Shown here: piece by piece, positions 48,576 to 57,839 of the stretch
Layout of the letters: every line of letters starts with the position of its first letter
How positions within the stretch are numbered: the first letter of the stretch is position 1
Origin: an uncultured Chloroflexia bacterium
GTDB lineage: Bacteria; Chloroflexota; Limnocylindria; Limnocylindrales; CSP1-4
Reading direction: 5' to 3'
Length of the DNA: 64,000 nt
Assembly: GCA_963734535.1 (NCBI GenBank)
Contig: CAVTHS010000011.1
Span: 4,789 to 68,788, forward strand
Position numbers and translations under genes: made by a program
Notes under the pieces: generated by a model
What the model was told of the DNA's origin: nothing
What the model saw: only the letters and a program-made list of their open reading frames with translations
The model's database searches: none

Positions 48576-49550
48576 TCAGCCACCGCTCGTCGTGCCGGAG
48601 GAGGGCGACGCGGCCGGGCTGCCGGATGGCACGCCACCCACCCGGGCCAGGCCCGTGTTCGCGGCGAAGTTCTGCGGATCCTGTGTCAGCACTCGGCTGT
48701 AGGCGTCGACCGCGGCGGCCGCGTCGTTCTGGACCTCGGCGACGAGCCCGAGGCCGATGAGCGCGTCGACCGCGTAGGTTCCCGACGTCAGGGGTCCGAG
48801 CTTCGCCCGGGCGTCGTCGGGACGCTTCTCGCACAGGGCAACCATCCCGCCCGCGTACTGGGCACCGGCGAGGTCACCCAGCGACGTGTAGGCCGTCTCC
48901 ATCTGCGCGTACGGTTCGCACCAGTCGACCGGAACGAGCGCGGTCGCCTGGCGGAGCGCGGCCACGGCACGCTTCGGTTCACCTGCCTGCATGAGCGCCG
49001 TGCCGAGGAGATTGAGGGCGTCCGCGTCGGTCCTCTTGATCAAGATCGCCTTGGAGAGCGAGATGACCGCATCCTTGGGCTGGCCCTTCTTCACCTGGAT
49101 GACGCCCAGGCTGAAGTAGGCGGACTCGAGTTGGGGGTCCACGTTCGCCATCTCCCCGCCCACCGCCGCATCGATGACCTTCGTGAAGTCCGCCGCGGCG
49201 GCATCGAGCTTGCTGAGGGCGATCTCGGCGCTGCCCCGGCCGAGGAGGGCCGCGTTGGAATCGGGTGCGGCCTTCAGGATCTCGTCGTACTGGGAAACGG
49301 AGTCAGCGAACCGACCTTTCTTCATGTACGCGGCCGCGAGGGTGAGCCGGGCATTCAGGAGGTTCGGGTTTCCGGTCAGCGCCTCCTCCGCGACCTGGAT
49401 GTCACGGTCGACGATTCCCGGACCCGGGGTGCGGTACTGGTCCAGGACGTAGAGGACTCCGACCAGCGGGATCCCGATCACCAGGATCATCGTCAGGCTG
49501 ACGATCAAACGGTTGAGTGACCTGTTGGGCAGGGACGTGACCCGGAGCAT
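48576..49550 (-). CDS. membrane-anchored TPR-repeat protein
   Basis: ATG 49550, TM helix LIVSLTMILVIGIPLVGVLYVL, then TPR-like helical repeats (ARLTLAAAYMKKGRFADSVSQYDEILKAAPD...). Confidence 0.75.
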   Translation of the reverse strand: MLRVTSLPNRSLNRLIVSLTMILVIGIPLVGVLYVLDQYRTPGPGIVDRDIQVAEEALTGNPNLLNARLTLAAAYMKKGRFADSVSQYDEILKAAPDSNAALLGRGSAEIALSKLDAAAADFTKVIDAAVGGEMANVDPQLESAYFSLGVIQVKKGQPKDAVISLSKAILIKRTDADALNLLGTALMQAGEPKRAVAALRQATALVPVDWCEPYAQMETAYTSLGDLAGAQYAGGMVALCEKRPDDARAKLGPLTSGTYAVDALIGLGLVAEVQNDAAAAVDAYSRVLTQDPQNFAANTGLARVGGVPSGSPAASPSSGTTSGG

Positions 49551-49774
49551 GTTGTGCACCTGCTGCTGCAACCTGAACGCGAGGCGTTGCGGCCGAGGGC
49601 GCACCCGCAGGCACACCCCACCGGGTTCAATGGTGGTTGGCGGGCGTGCGGGTTCCAATCCGCCGGGGGGTAGAACATCGATACAGCCGGGCGGTCGTGT
49701 CGGCCCGGGGGGCATGTATCGCCCGGACGATGTATCCGCCGCCGCGCCGCGCCGGGCCGCCGCCAGCGCCCGCG

Positions 49775-50314
49775 TCAGGCGGCGGGGCGGGGCGTCGAGA
49801 AGTCCGCGGGGACCTCGAGCTCGATCGGGCCGTCCGTCTCCCGGACGCCGAACCGGTCGAGCGGTCGCGGGGGCGGGCCCGAGATCACCGAGCCGTCGAT
49901 GCGAAAGAAGCCCTTGTGGCAGAGGCAGGCGAACGAGGCCTGGTCGGTCCAGTCGTAGGCGCACCGCGCATGCGTGCAGCGGGGGTCGAACGCGACGAGA
50001 TCGCCGGCGCTCCGGCGAACGAGCCATGCCGATCCTGCGACAGTGGCGCCGCCGACGGTCCCGGCGAAGCGGACGGGGACTGGCTGATCAGGGATCAGCC
50101 CGGACGGGTCGACGTCCGCGCGCACCCATCCGCCGGGCGCGGAGACGGCCGCCGATCCGCACGCATCGAGCAGGACGATGCCGGCGACGGTCGACCCGAT
50201 GACGGCGAGTGCCCGGCGCCGGCTGATCGGGGCGGCCAGCGGAAGACCGCGGGGGACCGTCTCGGGCGGGGCCGCGTCAAGCCCGGCGGCGTCGCGCGGA
50301 GCCCTGTCGTCCAT
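49775..50314 (-). CDS. Tat-exported Rieske [2Fe-2S] protein
   Basis: Twin-arginine signal SRRRALAVIG. Rieske boxes CTHARC and CLCHKG are separated by 12 residues, followed by GSVISGPPPRPL. Confidence 0.85.
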   Translation of the reverse strand: MDDRAPRDAAGLDAAPPETVPRGLPLAAPISRRRALAVIGSTVAGIVLLDACGSAAVSAPGGWVRADVDPSGLIPDQPVPVRFAGTVGGATVAGSAWLVRRSAGDLVAFDPRCTHARCAYDWTDQASFACLCHKGFFRIDGSVISGPPPRPLDRFGVRETDGPIELEVPADFSTPRPAA

Positions 50315-50840
50315 GGCCGGGATCGTACGCCTGCGCGTCAGGGGGTCGGAACCGCCGCCTACGCGAATACGATGCGGGCTGCGAGGGTGCCGTCCACGGT
50401 CGACGGCCCATCTCTCTTGCCGTCCCACTCCCGGGACCGTGCTCCCGTATCAGTGCCAGTGTTAGCGAACACAACGGCCGCATTCCCAGTGCCCGGAGCT
50501 ACCCCGAGACGACGCGTCTCCTGGTCCTCGGCGCGGCGATCTCCCTCGACTCGAGCGTGAACCCATCTGCGCAGGTCCCGGGAGCAGCGCCGGAGCCCGT
50601 CCCCTGGCTCGAACCGCCCGGAGCCGAACCGGAATCGTATCGGCGAATGATGGGAGTGATACGGCGGCGGCCCGGGTCCCGACCGGTCGCGCAGTGAAGC
50701 CGCGCCGCGCCGGGTTGAAGGCTCGCGCCGCGCCGACGGCCCGCGCCGTGCTGAAGGCCCGCGTAACGCCGCGCCGACGGCGCCGGGCGGAAGCCGCTCG
50801 TCCGTCGGCTTCACTTGCCTCGGCAGGGTCCCGGCGATCC

Positions 50841-51212
50841 TCAGCCGACCACGGGGAGGGGAGCAACCAGGCGACGGTCGCCCAGACAGGCGCCGACGAT
50901 CCGGTCGATCAGGGACTCGGGGTCCGTCGAGATCTCCTCGCGGCGGATCGACCACGCCTGCGACGTGCTCATGCTCACGTCGACGATCGCCCGGCAGCGG
51001 CTGCCTCGAAGGACGTCGAGGAGCCCGACCGGTCCGCCTTCCTCCAGCACCACGACGTCGGGATCGGCTGCGATCGCCCGCTCCATCGCGTCCGGGTCGC
51101 ACATCGAGATCCGTTCCACGTGGAGGTCGGGAACGGAGGCCATGAGTGCGCTGAGCCCTTCGCCGAGGAGCGGATGGTCGTAGAGGACGAGAACGCGGAC
51201 TGGGTCCGCCAT
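50841..51212 (-). CDS. stand-alone receiver-like protein with a degenerate phospho-acceptor pocket
   Basis: VRVLVLYDHPLLGEGL...DPDVVVLEEGG: CheY-like layout, but DD is replaced by YD and the acceptor Asp is replaced by Glu. Confidence 0.55.
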   Translation of the reverse strand: MADPVRVLVLYDHPLLGEGLSALMASVPDLHVERISMCDPDAMERAIAADPDVVVLEEGGPVGLLDVLRGSRCRAIVDVSMSTSQAWSIRREEISTDPESLIDRIVGACLGDRRLVAPLPVVG

Positions 51213-51431
51213 GGCCCGGGCTCCTGCGATGGGCGATCCCCCACTGGTCTCGCTCGGCCGCGATCGTACGAAGGGCAACGACGAGCTGCCATCCGCCCGA
51301 GGGCACAATTCAGGGGCCATCCGGTCTACCGAACGGCACCGAACGGCACACGATCGACAGGGGTGCGTCCCTCCGGCCCGCCCTGTCTGCCGGCCCACCC
51401 TCCCGGACCTGCCCGCCGGCGCCGGGCGGCC

Positions 51432-52133
51432 TCAGGTTCGGTGGGGATTCGACGGCCGCGGCGCGGACAGGCCCTGGGCGACCGTGAACGCGGCCGCCTG
51501 CGTCCGGTTGGACAGGTGAAGCTTCTCGAGCGTGTTGTGGACGTGGTTCTTGACCGTGCCCTCGGTGATCGTCAGCTGGTTGGCGATCTCCTTGTTCGAG
51601 AGGCCGGCCGACACCAGCTGGAGGATCTCGGTCTCGCGCCTGGTGAGCGCCGTCTCGCCTTCCCCCGGGGTGGTCGAGGCATGTGCGCGCGGCGGCCCCT
51701 CGCGCAGCGCGTCGAGCAGCTTGTGGGCGATCGCGGGTGCGATCGGCGCCTCGCCGCGCATCACGCCGCGGAGGTCGTCGAACAGGACCTCCGGCCGGAT
51801 GTTCTTCAGCAGGTAGCCGTTCGCCCCTGCCCGGATCGCGTCGAAGAGGTCGTCATCCTCCTCGGAGATCGTGAGCATGACGATCTTCGTGGGGTAGCCC
51901 GCCCCGCGGATCGCGCGGACGCCGTCCACGCCGCTCGCAACGGGCATGTTGACGTCCATCACGACGACGTCCGGCTCGAGTGTCCGCACGCGTTCGAGCG
52001 CCTCCATCCCGGTGTCGGCCTCGCCGACGACGGTCATGTCGACCTGGGCGTTGAGGAGTCCGGCGAGCGCCTTGCGAAAGAGCGGCTGGTCGTCAACCAC
52101 CAGCACGCGCAGCGTCGGGGGCGTGTGCGGCAC
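51432..52133 (-). CDS. NarL/FixJ-family response regulator (canonical)
   Basis: LRVLVVDDQPLFR, DVVVMDVNMP and the HTH LTRRETEILQLVSAGLSNKEIANQLTITEGTVKNHVHNTLEKL. GTG 52133 is preceded by GGAGGAG. The ORF-track ATG at 52166 is an alternative start. Confidence 0.9.
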   Translation of the reverse strand: MPHTPPTLRVLVVDDQPLFRKALAGLLNAQVDMTVVGEADTGMEALERVRTLEPDVVVMDVNMPVASGVDGVRAIRGAGYPTKIVMLTISEEDDDLFDAIRAGANGYLLKNIRPEVLFDDLRGVMRGEAPIAPAIAHKLLDALREGPPRAHASTTPGEGETALTRRETEILQLVSAGLSNKEIANQLTITEGTVKNHVHNTLEKLHLSNRTQAAAFTVAQGLSAPRPSNPHRT

Positions 52134-53907
52134 GCATCTCCTCCTGTTGGAGCCGGACGACGACACGGGTCCCCGTGCCCGGCGCAGTGTGCACCTCGAG
52201 CGTACCGCCGATCTGCTCCACTCGCTCGCGCATCGCCGTCATGCCGAAGCCGTGGTCGAGGGCATCTTCGACCCGCGCCGGGTCGAAGCCGGACCCGTCG
52301 TCCGTGACCTCGAGCGTCATGACGCCGCCGTCCTCGCCCAGCCTGACGGCTGCGTGGTAGGCGCCGGCGTGCTTCCGGACGTTCGTGAGCGCCTCCTGCA
52401 CGACGCGCAGGAGCTGGACCTCGCTGCGTGGCGTGAGCGCCCGACTCGCTGCACCATCGCAGCTGAGCGTCGTCTTGATCCCGGTCTGGCGGGAGAACTT
52501 GCCGAGGTATTCGCCCAGGGCACCCTCCAGCCCCTCGGTCGATGCGGTCGAGTTGCTGAGCCCCAGGATCGCTTCGCGCACATCCTTGTAGCCCTCGTCC
52601 GCGATATCCGCCAGCCCGGCGAGCTCGGTGGCGGCGTTGTTGCCGGCCACGAGGCGTATCTTCGGAACCAGGCCGCGGAGTCCGAGGTGGAGCACGCCGA
52701 GCACCTGGGCGATGGTGTCGTGCAGCTCGCGGGCGATCCTGTCCCGTTCGGCGACGATCGTGTACTGGTGCTCGGCGTCTCGGAGGCGGGCGGTCCGCAC
52801 CCCGATGGCGGCCATGTAGGCGAGCGCGCCCAGGAGGTTTCGCTCCCGGTTCGCGAACGGGACCCCGTTCGTGCGCATCACGCAAAGCTCGCCGAGGAAG
52901 CCATCGGCGCCCCGCATCGGCTGCGCAAGGACGATCGCTCGCGGCCCCCCGTGCTGGATCGGGCATGCCGAATTGTGCCGATGCTCCTCGTGGGTATCGG
53001 CGCTGTGGGCCAGCAGGCAGGTCGATCCGTCGTCGGCGAGCGCCAGGCGATCCGTCCAGTCGTACGTCCGGCCGTCGTCGCGGGGGTTGGCCAGGCAGGC
53101 AACCGCCCGCTCCGCGCCGAGCAGCTCACGGGCGTGGCTCGTGATCGTGTCGAGGACCTCGCGCAGCTCGGCGCTCCCGGTGAGCTGGAGGGCGACCGAA
53201 TGGAGAGCCTCGCGCTCGTGCTCCTCGCGGCGGAGGTCGGCCAGCGTCGTCGTCAGGGTCGCCGCCGTGCCGATCGCGCCGGCAAGGTCCACCAGTGCCG
53301 CCATCGAGATGGCCGGATCGCCCGACGGGTGGAAGACCAGGCGCATCGTCCCGACCGTGGCGCTGCTGCCAGCCAGCGGGAGATCCAAGACCGTCGCGTC
53401 GACCCCGGGGAGCTGCGCCTGGGCGGGACGCGCCGTCACGGCCGGCGTCTCGTCCAGGATGGCGTGGGCCCACAGCATGCCCGTGCTATCGCCGAGGTCG
53501 CCCGGCCGTCGAGCCGCCAGCGGCTGGCCGCCCGGCCCGTTGACGCTGATCTGGCCGGCGAGCGCGCCCGTGTGCACGAGCACGCGATCGAGCGCGGCAG
53601 CGAGCATCGCCGGGAGCTCCTGGTCGCCTTGCAGGGCCGAGGCAACGGCATGGGTGGCGGCAAGGTCCCGGTTCGTCTCGACGAGCTGACGCTGGGCGCG
53701 ATCGAGGAGCGCGAAGATGCCGAGGGCGAAGAGCACCGCCCCGCCGCTCATCACCAGGGCCGCGAAGAGGTGGGCGGAGTCGGCCGGGACGCGGGGATCG
53801 ATCACGAGGTAACGAGCCAGCTCGAAGCCCCAGATGAGGCCGATCGGAAGCAGGACGCCAACCCACTTCGCACGCACCAGCAGCCGAACGTCGCGCTCCG
53901 GATTCAC
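52093..53907 (-). CDS. GAF-domain sensor histidine kinase (HisKA_3 / NarX-LiaS type)
   Basis: Two N-terminal TM helices and GAF-like segments. H-box ERDRIARELHDTIAQ, N-box EALTNVRKHA, and G-boxes DDGSGF and GFGMTAMRERV. Confidence 0.9.
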   Translation of the reverse strand: MNPERDVRLLVRAKWVGVLLPIGLIWGFELARYLVIDPRVPADSAHLFAALVMSGGAVLFALGIFALLDRAQRQLVETNRDLAATHAVASALQGDQELPAMLAAALDRVLVHTGALAGQISVNGPGGQPLAARRPGDLGDSTGMLWAHAILDETPAVTARPAQAQLPGVDATVLDLPLAGSSATVGTMRLVFHPSGDPAISMAALVDLAGAIGTAATLTTTLADLRREEHEREALHSVALQLTGSAELREVLDTITSHARELLGAERAVACLANPRDDGRTYDWTDRLALADDGSTCLLAHSADTHEEHRHNSACPIQHGGPRAIVLAQPMRGADGFLGELCVMRTNGVPFANRERNLLGALAYMAAIGVRTARLRDAEHQYTIVAERDRIARELHDTIAQVLGVLHLGLRGLVPKIRLVAGNNAATELAGLADIADEGYKDVREAILGLSNSTASTEGLEGALGEYLGKFSRQTGIKTTLSCDGAASRALTPRSEVQLLRVVQEALTNVRKHAGAYHAAVRLGEDGGVMTLEVTDDGSGFDPARVEDALDHGFGMTAMRERVEQIGGTLEVHTAPGTGTRVVVRLQQEEMRAAHAPDAARAGG

Positions 53908-54135
53908 CTGCCAACCCTACCCCCCCGAGGGGTGCCGAATGGCAGGGCCGATCGGCCCCATGCGTGTGTGCGCATCGGTCCATATACGCACGTGAGGTTG
54001 CGCGCACGCCGCGCGAGCGTGCCGCGGTGCGAATCCCCGGCCCAGCGGGGTCCCCGGATGGCGTGCGTTCCGCCAGCCCGCCATTCTCCGTACACTGCGG
54101 CGGTGGTGTTCGAATCGAGCTACCGGACCATTCCC

Positions 54136-54708
54136 ATGACGCTCTACACCGAGCAGTTCGTCGTGCGGGGGACGATCCAGACCCGCCAGCATCGCGTGAC
54201 GGACATCCTCAACGACGCGGACCAGCGGTTTCTCGTCCTCGAGGACGTGTCGATGGAGGAGCTCGGTTCCAGGGAGCTGCCGACGCGCGCCGACTATGCC
54301 CAGGTGAACCTCGCCTCGATCCTGTTCGCGGTCTCGCTCCAGGCCATCGAGCCGACGCGCGAGCTTCGAACGCCGAAGATCACCGAGCGAGCCCTCGTCT
54401 CCATCCCGCCCTTCCGGGTCATCGGGAACGTCCACCTGCTCCTGGAACGAAGCCTCCGCGACTCTCTCGCGGAGCTGCAGGCCCAGTTCGTGCCGGTGAC
54501 CGACGCGGTCTTCTGGTCCGAACGCCTGGGCGAGGCGCGCCGGAGCGCGGCGATGGTGGCGGTCAACCAGGCCCGCGCGGAGATCCTGGCTCCTTTCCGG
54601 GAGGTCAATCCGTCGGCGGACCCGGCCGGCACCGCGCCCTCGGGGTCACCGACCCGCCTGCCAGGCGTTCGGGAGGATCGCGATCCGAGGCCGCCCGGCT
54701 CGTTCTAG
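54136..54708 (+). CDS. hypothetical protein
   Basis: ATG 54136 (MTLYTEQFVVRGTIQTRQHRVTDILN...). The composition is coding-like and no family is recognised. The long upstream part of the 920-aa ORF is antisense to the kinase gene. Confidence 0.5.
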   Translation: MTLYTEQFVVRGTIQTRQHRVTDILNDADQRFLVLEDVSMEELGSRELPTRADYAQVNLASILFAVSLQAIEPTRELRTPKITERALVSIPPFRVIGNVHLLLERSLRDSLAELQAQFVPVTDAVFWSERLGEARRSAAMVAVNQARAEILAPFREVNPSADPAGTAPSGSPTRLPGVREDRDPRPPGSF

Positions 54709-55551
54709 CGGTCGACCGGGAGGTCCAGGCGGCCGCCCCAGTCGGCCCAGCCGCCGTCGTAGACCGCCACGTCGTCGTGGCCCATGAGCGCCAGCACGAA
54801 CGCGAGCTTCGCGGCCCCGATGCCCGATGCGTCGTAGCAGACGACGCGCCGCCCGGACGTCACGCCGGCTCGATCGATGAGGGCGCGAAGGCTGCCGCCG
54901 TCGACGAACCGTCCCGAGCCCGGCTCCGTGGTCAGTGCGACCGGCAGGTTGACGGCGCCCGGGACGTGACCGAGCCGTCGGCCGTTCCCCTCGAAGCCGC
55001 GGTACTCGGCGGGCGCCCGCGCGTCGAGGATGACGGCCCCGGCCGACCCGACGAGGGAGCGAAGGTCGCTCGTCGTCAGCCGCGTCCGCAGCTGGGCTCG
55101 CGGGGTGAATGCAGCGGGCACCGGCTCGTTGGCGGCGTGGCTGATCGGGCGACCCGAGTCGACCCAGGCCCCGTACCCGCCGTCGAGGACGCGGACGGAT
55201 TCGATGCCGTAGGCGCGCAGGCTCCACCACGTCCGGGCCGCGTACAGGCTGGCCGTGTCGTCGTACACCACGACGGTGCTCCCGTTCGAGATCCCGGCCC
55301 CGGCGACGGCGGCCGTGACCTGGTCGGGGGGCGCGAGGAGGAGCAGCGTGTCGGCGTCCTCGGGATCCACGAACGCCGACGCGCCAGTCGACGTAGGTCG
55401 CGTTCGGGACGTGGCCGGCAGCGAAGGCGAGCCGCCCGGTCCCGTCGGGACGCCACCGGACGTCGAGAATCCGGACCTCGGGCCGGCCGAGGTTCTCGGC
55501 CAGCCAGTCGGGGGACGCGAGGAGCTCGGGTCGAGCGTGGGCGCCTGGCAT
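54705..55551 (-). pseudogene. thiosulfate sulfurtransferase (tandem rhodanese), one apparent frameshift
   Basis: The N-terminus LASPDWLAENLGRPEVRILDVRW...AGHVPNATYVDW is in one frame. ...DPEDADTLLLLAPPDQV...VVVYDD...RAYGIESVRVLDGGYGAW...GHVPGAVNLP...VVCYDASGIGAA...YDGGWADW is in another. The shift lies near 55375. Confidence 0.8.
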
Positions 55552-55573
55552 CGCCGCCTATCATACGGACCCC

Positions 55574-56843
55574 ATGACGCATCCGATCGAGGCGCCGGCC
55601 GGCGCCGACCCCGACCGCGAGAAGGTCGCCGCGCTCCGGGCATCGCTCCCCGCGACGCGCGCCGGGATCTACCTCGACACCGGAACCAGCGGGCCGATCC
55701 CCGCCGAGAGCGCCGCTGCGATGCGTCCAGGCCGAGGAGCGGGAGCTCGCGCTCGGCCGCGCGACCCGCGACGCGGACGAGGAGCTGGCGGACCGGATGG
55801 CGGAGGCGCGCGGGGCGCTCGCGGCAGTCCTCGGGACCGACATCGACCGCGTGGCCCTGACCCACTCCACGACGGAAGGGATCGGGCTGGCGGTCGGGAC
55901 GCATCGACTGGCGTCCGGGAGATCGCGCGCTGACCACGAGCCAGGAGCATCCCGGGCTGCTGCGGCCAGCTGGCGGCCGCGCGGGACCGGCACGGGGTCG
56001 AGGTGCGCGTCGCCGAGATCGGCGACGGCGGTGACGATGACCGAACGCTCGCCGCGCTCGAGCGCGAGCTCGTCGGCGGGACGCGTGCGGCTCGTCGCGC
56101 TCTCCCACGTGCTGTGGACGACCGGGGCGGTCCTTCCCGTCGCCGAGATCGTGCGGCGCGCCCATGCGCACGGCGCCGCCGTCGTGCTCGACGGCGCCCA
56201 GGCGGGCGGCGCGATCCCGGTCCACGTGGACGACCTCGGTGCCGAGTTCTACGCGGTCCCCGGCCAGAAGTGGCTGCTCGGCCCGGCGGGCACGGGCGCG
56301 CTCGTCGTTCGTCGGGACGTCGCGGCCGCGGCCGTGCCGCTGGCGCGCGGCGACTTCAGCTCGGCCACGCCCGATGGCGTCGGCGGCGACGACCTCTGGC
56401 CGGACGCCCGCCGTTTCGAGGTGGCCGGCTACCATGGCCCATCGCTCGTCGGCCTCGCCCGAAGCGCCGGGTGGCTCGCGATGTACGTCGGCCTGCCCTG
56501 GGCGCACGCGCGGGCCGGCCGCCTCGCTCACGCGGCCGCGATCCGCCTCCAGGGCACGCCGGGCGTGAGGCTCGTCACCCCGCCGGAGCGGATGGCGACC
56601 CTCGTCACGTTCCGGCTCCCCGGCTGGCCGGCGGAGCGCGTCGCAGAGGAGCTGGCACGCCGCGTCTTCGCGAGCGTGCGCGCCATCCCCGTCCTTGACG
56701 CCGTCCGTCTCTCGGTCGGCTTCTTCACCACCGAGGAGGAGCTCGGCCGCGTCATGGACCTCGTCGCCGAGATCGCGCGCCACACGCCCGCGACCCTGCC
56801 GACGCGTCCCGCGATCGAGTTCCTCGGGCAGTCGTCCGCGTGA
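55574..56843 (+). pseudogene. class V aminotransferase / cysteine desulfurase-like protein, at least four apparent frameshifts
   Basis: IYLDTGTSGPIP, ...ELADRMAEARGALAAVLG...VALTHSTTEGI, DWRPGDRALTTSQEHPG, VEVRVAEIGDGGDD and RLVALSHVLWTTGAVLPV...HAHGAAVVLDGAQAGG...DFYAVPGQKWLLGPAGTGAL are spread over three frames, with shifts near 55725, 55905, 55965 and 56085. Confidence 0.75.
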
Positions 56844-57236
56844 CGGAGCCGGATCCCCGCCCGGTCCCGCAGCGATCCTGGCTCGAGGTTCGCTGGCGCC
56901 AGGCCCGAAACGCGCCGCCGCCAGTCTTCCGCGCCGTCCTCAGCAGCGTCACGGTCGCGGTCGTGCTGGGCGGGCTCTACCTTGCCTACGACCTGGCGCT
57001 GGCGGACGGGGCTCGGCTGCCGGGCGGGGACCTGCGGACCCTCGCCGGGATCGTCTTCGTGGTCGCGGTCACGGGCCTGGGTGCGTGGATCACGTATCTC
57101 GTGGTGCCGCAGCCGGGTCGGCCCGGCGTTCGAAGCCGCGTGGAGCGCGGCGCTCGGGCTCTTCGCGGCCCTGCCGATCGCCTACCTGGCGCTCGTGATC
57201 CTGTTCCAGGTCGTGAAGCCGCTCCTGGTCCGGTAG
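56840..57236 (+). pseudogene. small membrane protein, one apparent frameshift
   Basis: Hydrophobic helices VTVAVVLGGLYLAYDL and IVFVVAVTGLGAWITYLVV lie in one frame, and AALGLFAALPIAYLALVILFQVV lies in another, with the shift near 57110. No family is recognised. Confidence 0.35.
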
Positions 57237-57839
57237 CCGTCGGAGCAGCCGGGCCGCCGGGATCGGTGCATCGCCGCACCGTCGATGCGCACGGCGCACG
57301 AGATTGGTACTGGTACGATCGGCCGTGCTGCGGTACCCTCGTCCGGCATTCATCCGCGGTGCGCGGCAGTATCGTCGCTCCCGTCAACCCAGCACGATCG
57401 GAACTCCACGTGGCTGTCCAGCCGGACCCATACTTCGCGCTTCCCAGCCTGTACGGCGCCCCGGCGTATTCGCGCCCGCCGCGCCCGCCCGTCGAGGTCG
57501 CGCGGCCACTCGACCCGGACGACCTCCCGATCTCGAGTCGAACAGACCGAGGAGGAGCGCCGGCTCGCCGATGCGCTCCTGGCGTCGAGCGGTCCGTGCC
57601 GGTCGGCACGGGTGTCGGGCGCGAGCTCCCCGGCGGCGGCGACCCCGGCTACCAGGCCGCCGGGCGCGGCCGTGCGCTCGCGGTGCGTCCGAGCTGCTCC
57701 CGCGCCGCCTGAGCCTCCGCGTGCTCACCGATCGCGTCCGCCCCCGCGGCTGAGACGCGATCCGGCTCGGCCGGATCGGCCCGCTCCGCGCGCCCATCTG
57801 TTCGACATGCCGACTCACCCGACGTCATCATCTGCAGGG

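Noticed and set aside
51946-54708. 920-aa plus-strand ORF
   Set aside because: All but the last 190 codons are antisense to the response-regulator and histidine-kinase genes. The composition is Arg/Gly/Asp/Pro-rich, typical of spurious ORFs in high-GC DNA.
54705-56783. 692-aa minus-strand ORF
   Set aside because: Only the C-terminal ~225 codons (the rhodanese domain region) are real. The upstream part is antisense to the class V aminotransferase gene.
57409-57712. Possible small gene (VAVQPDPYFALPSLYGAPAYSRPPRPPVEVARPLDPDDLPI... continuing in another frame)
   Set aside because: It needs at least one frame change, has no recognisable family or clear start signal, and is low-complexity. The support is too weak to list it.
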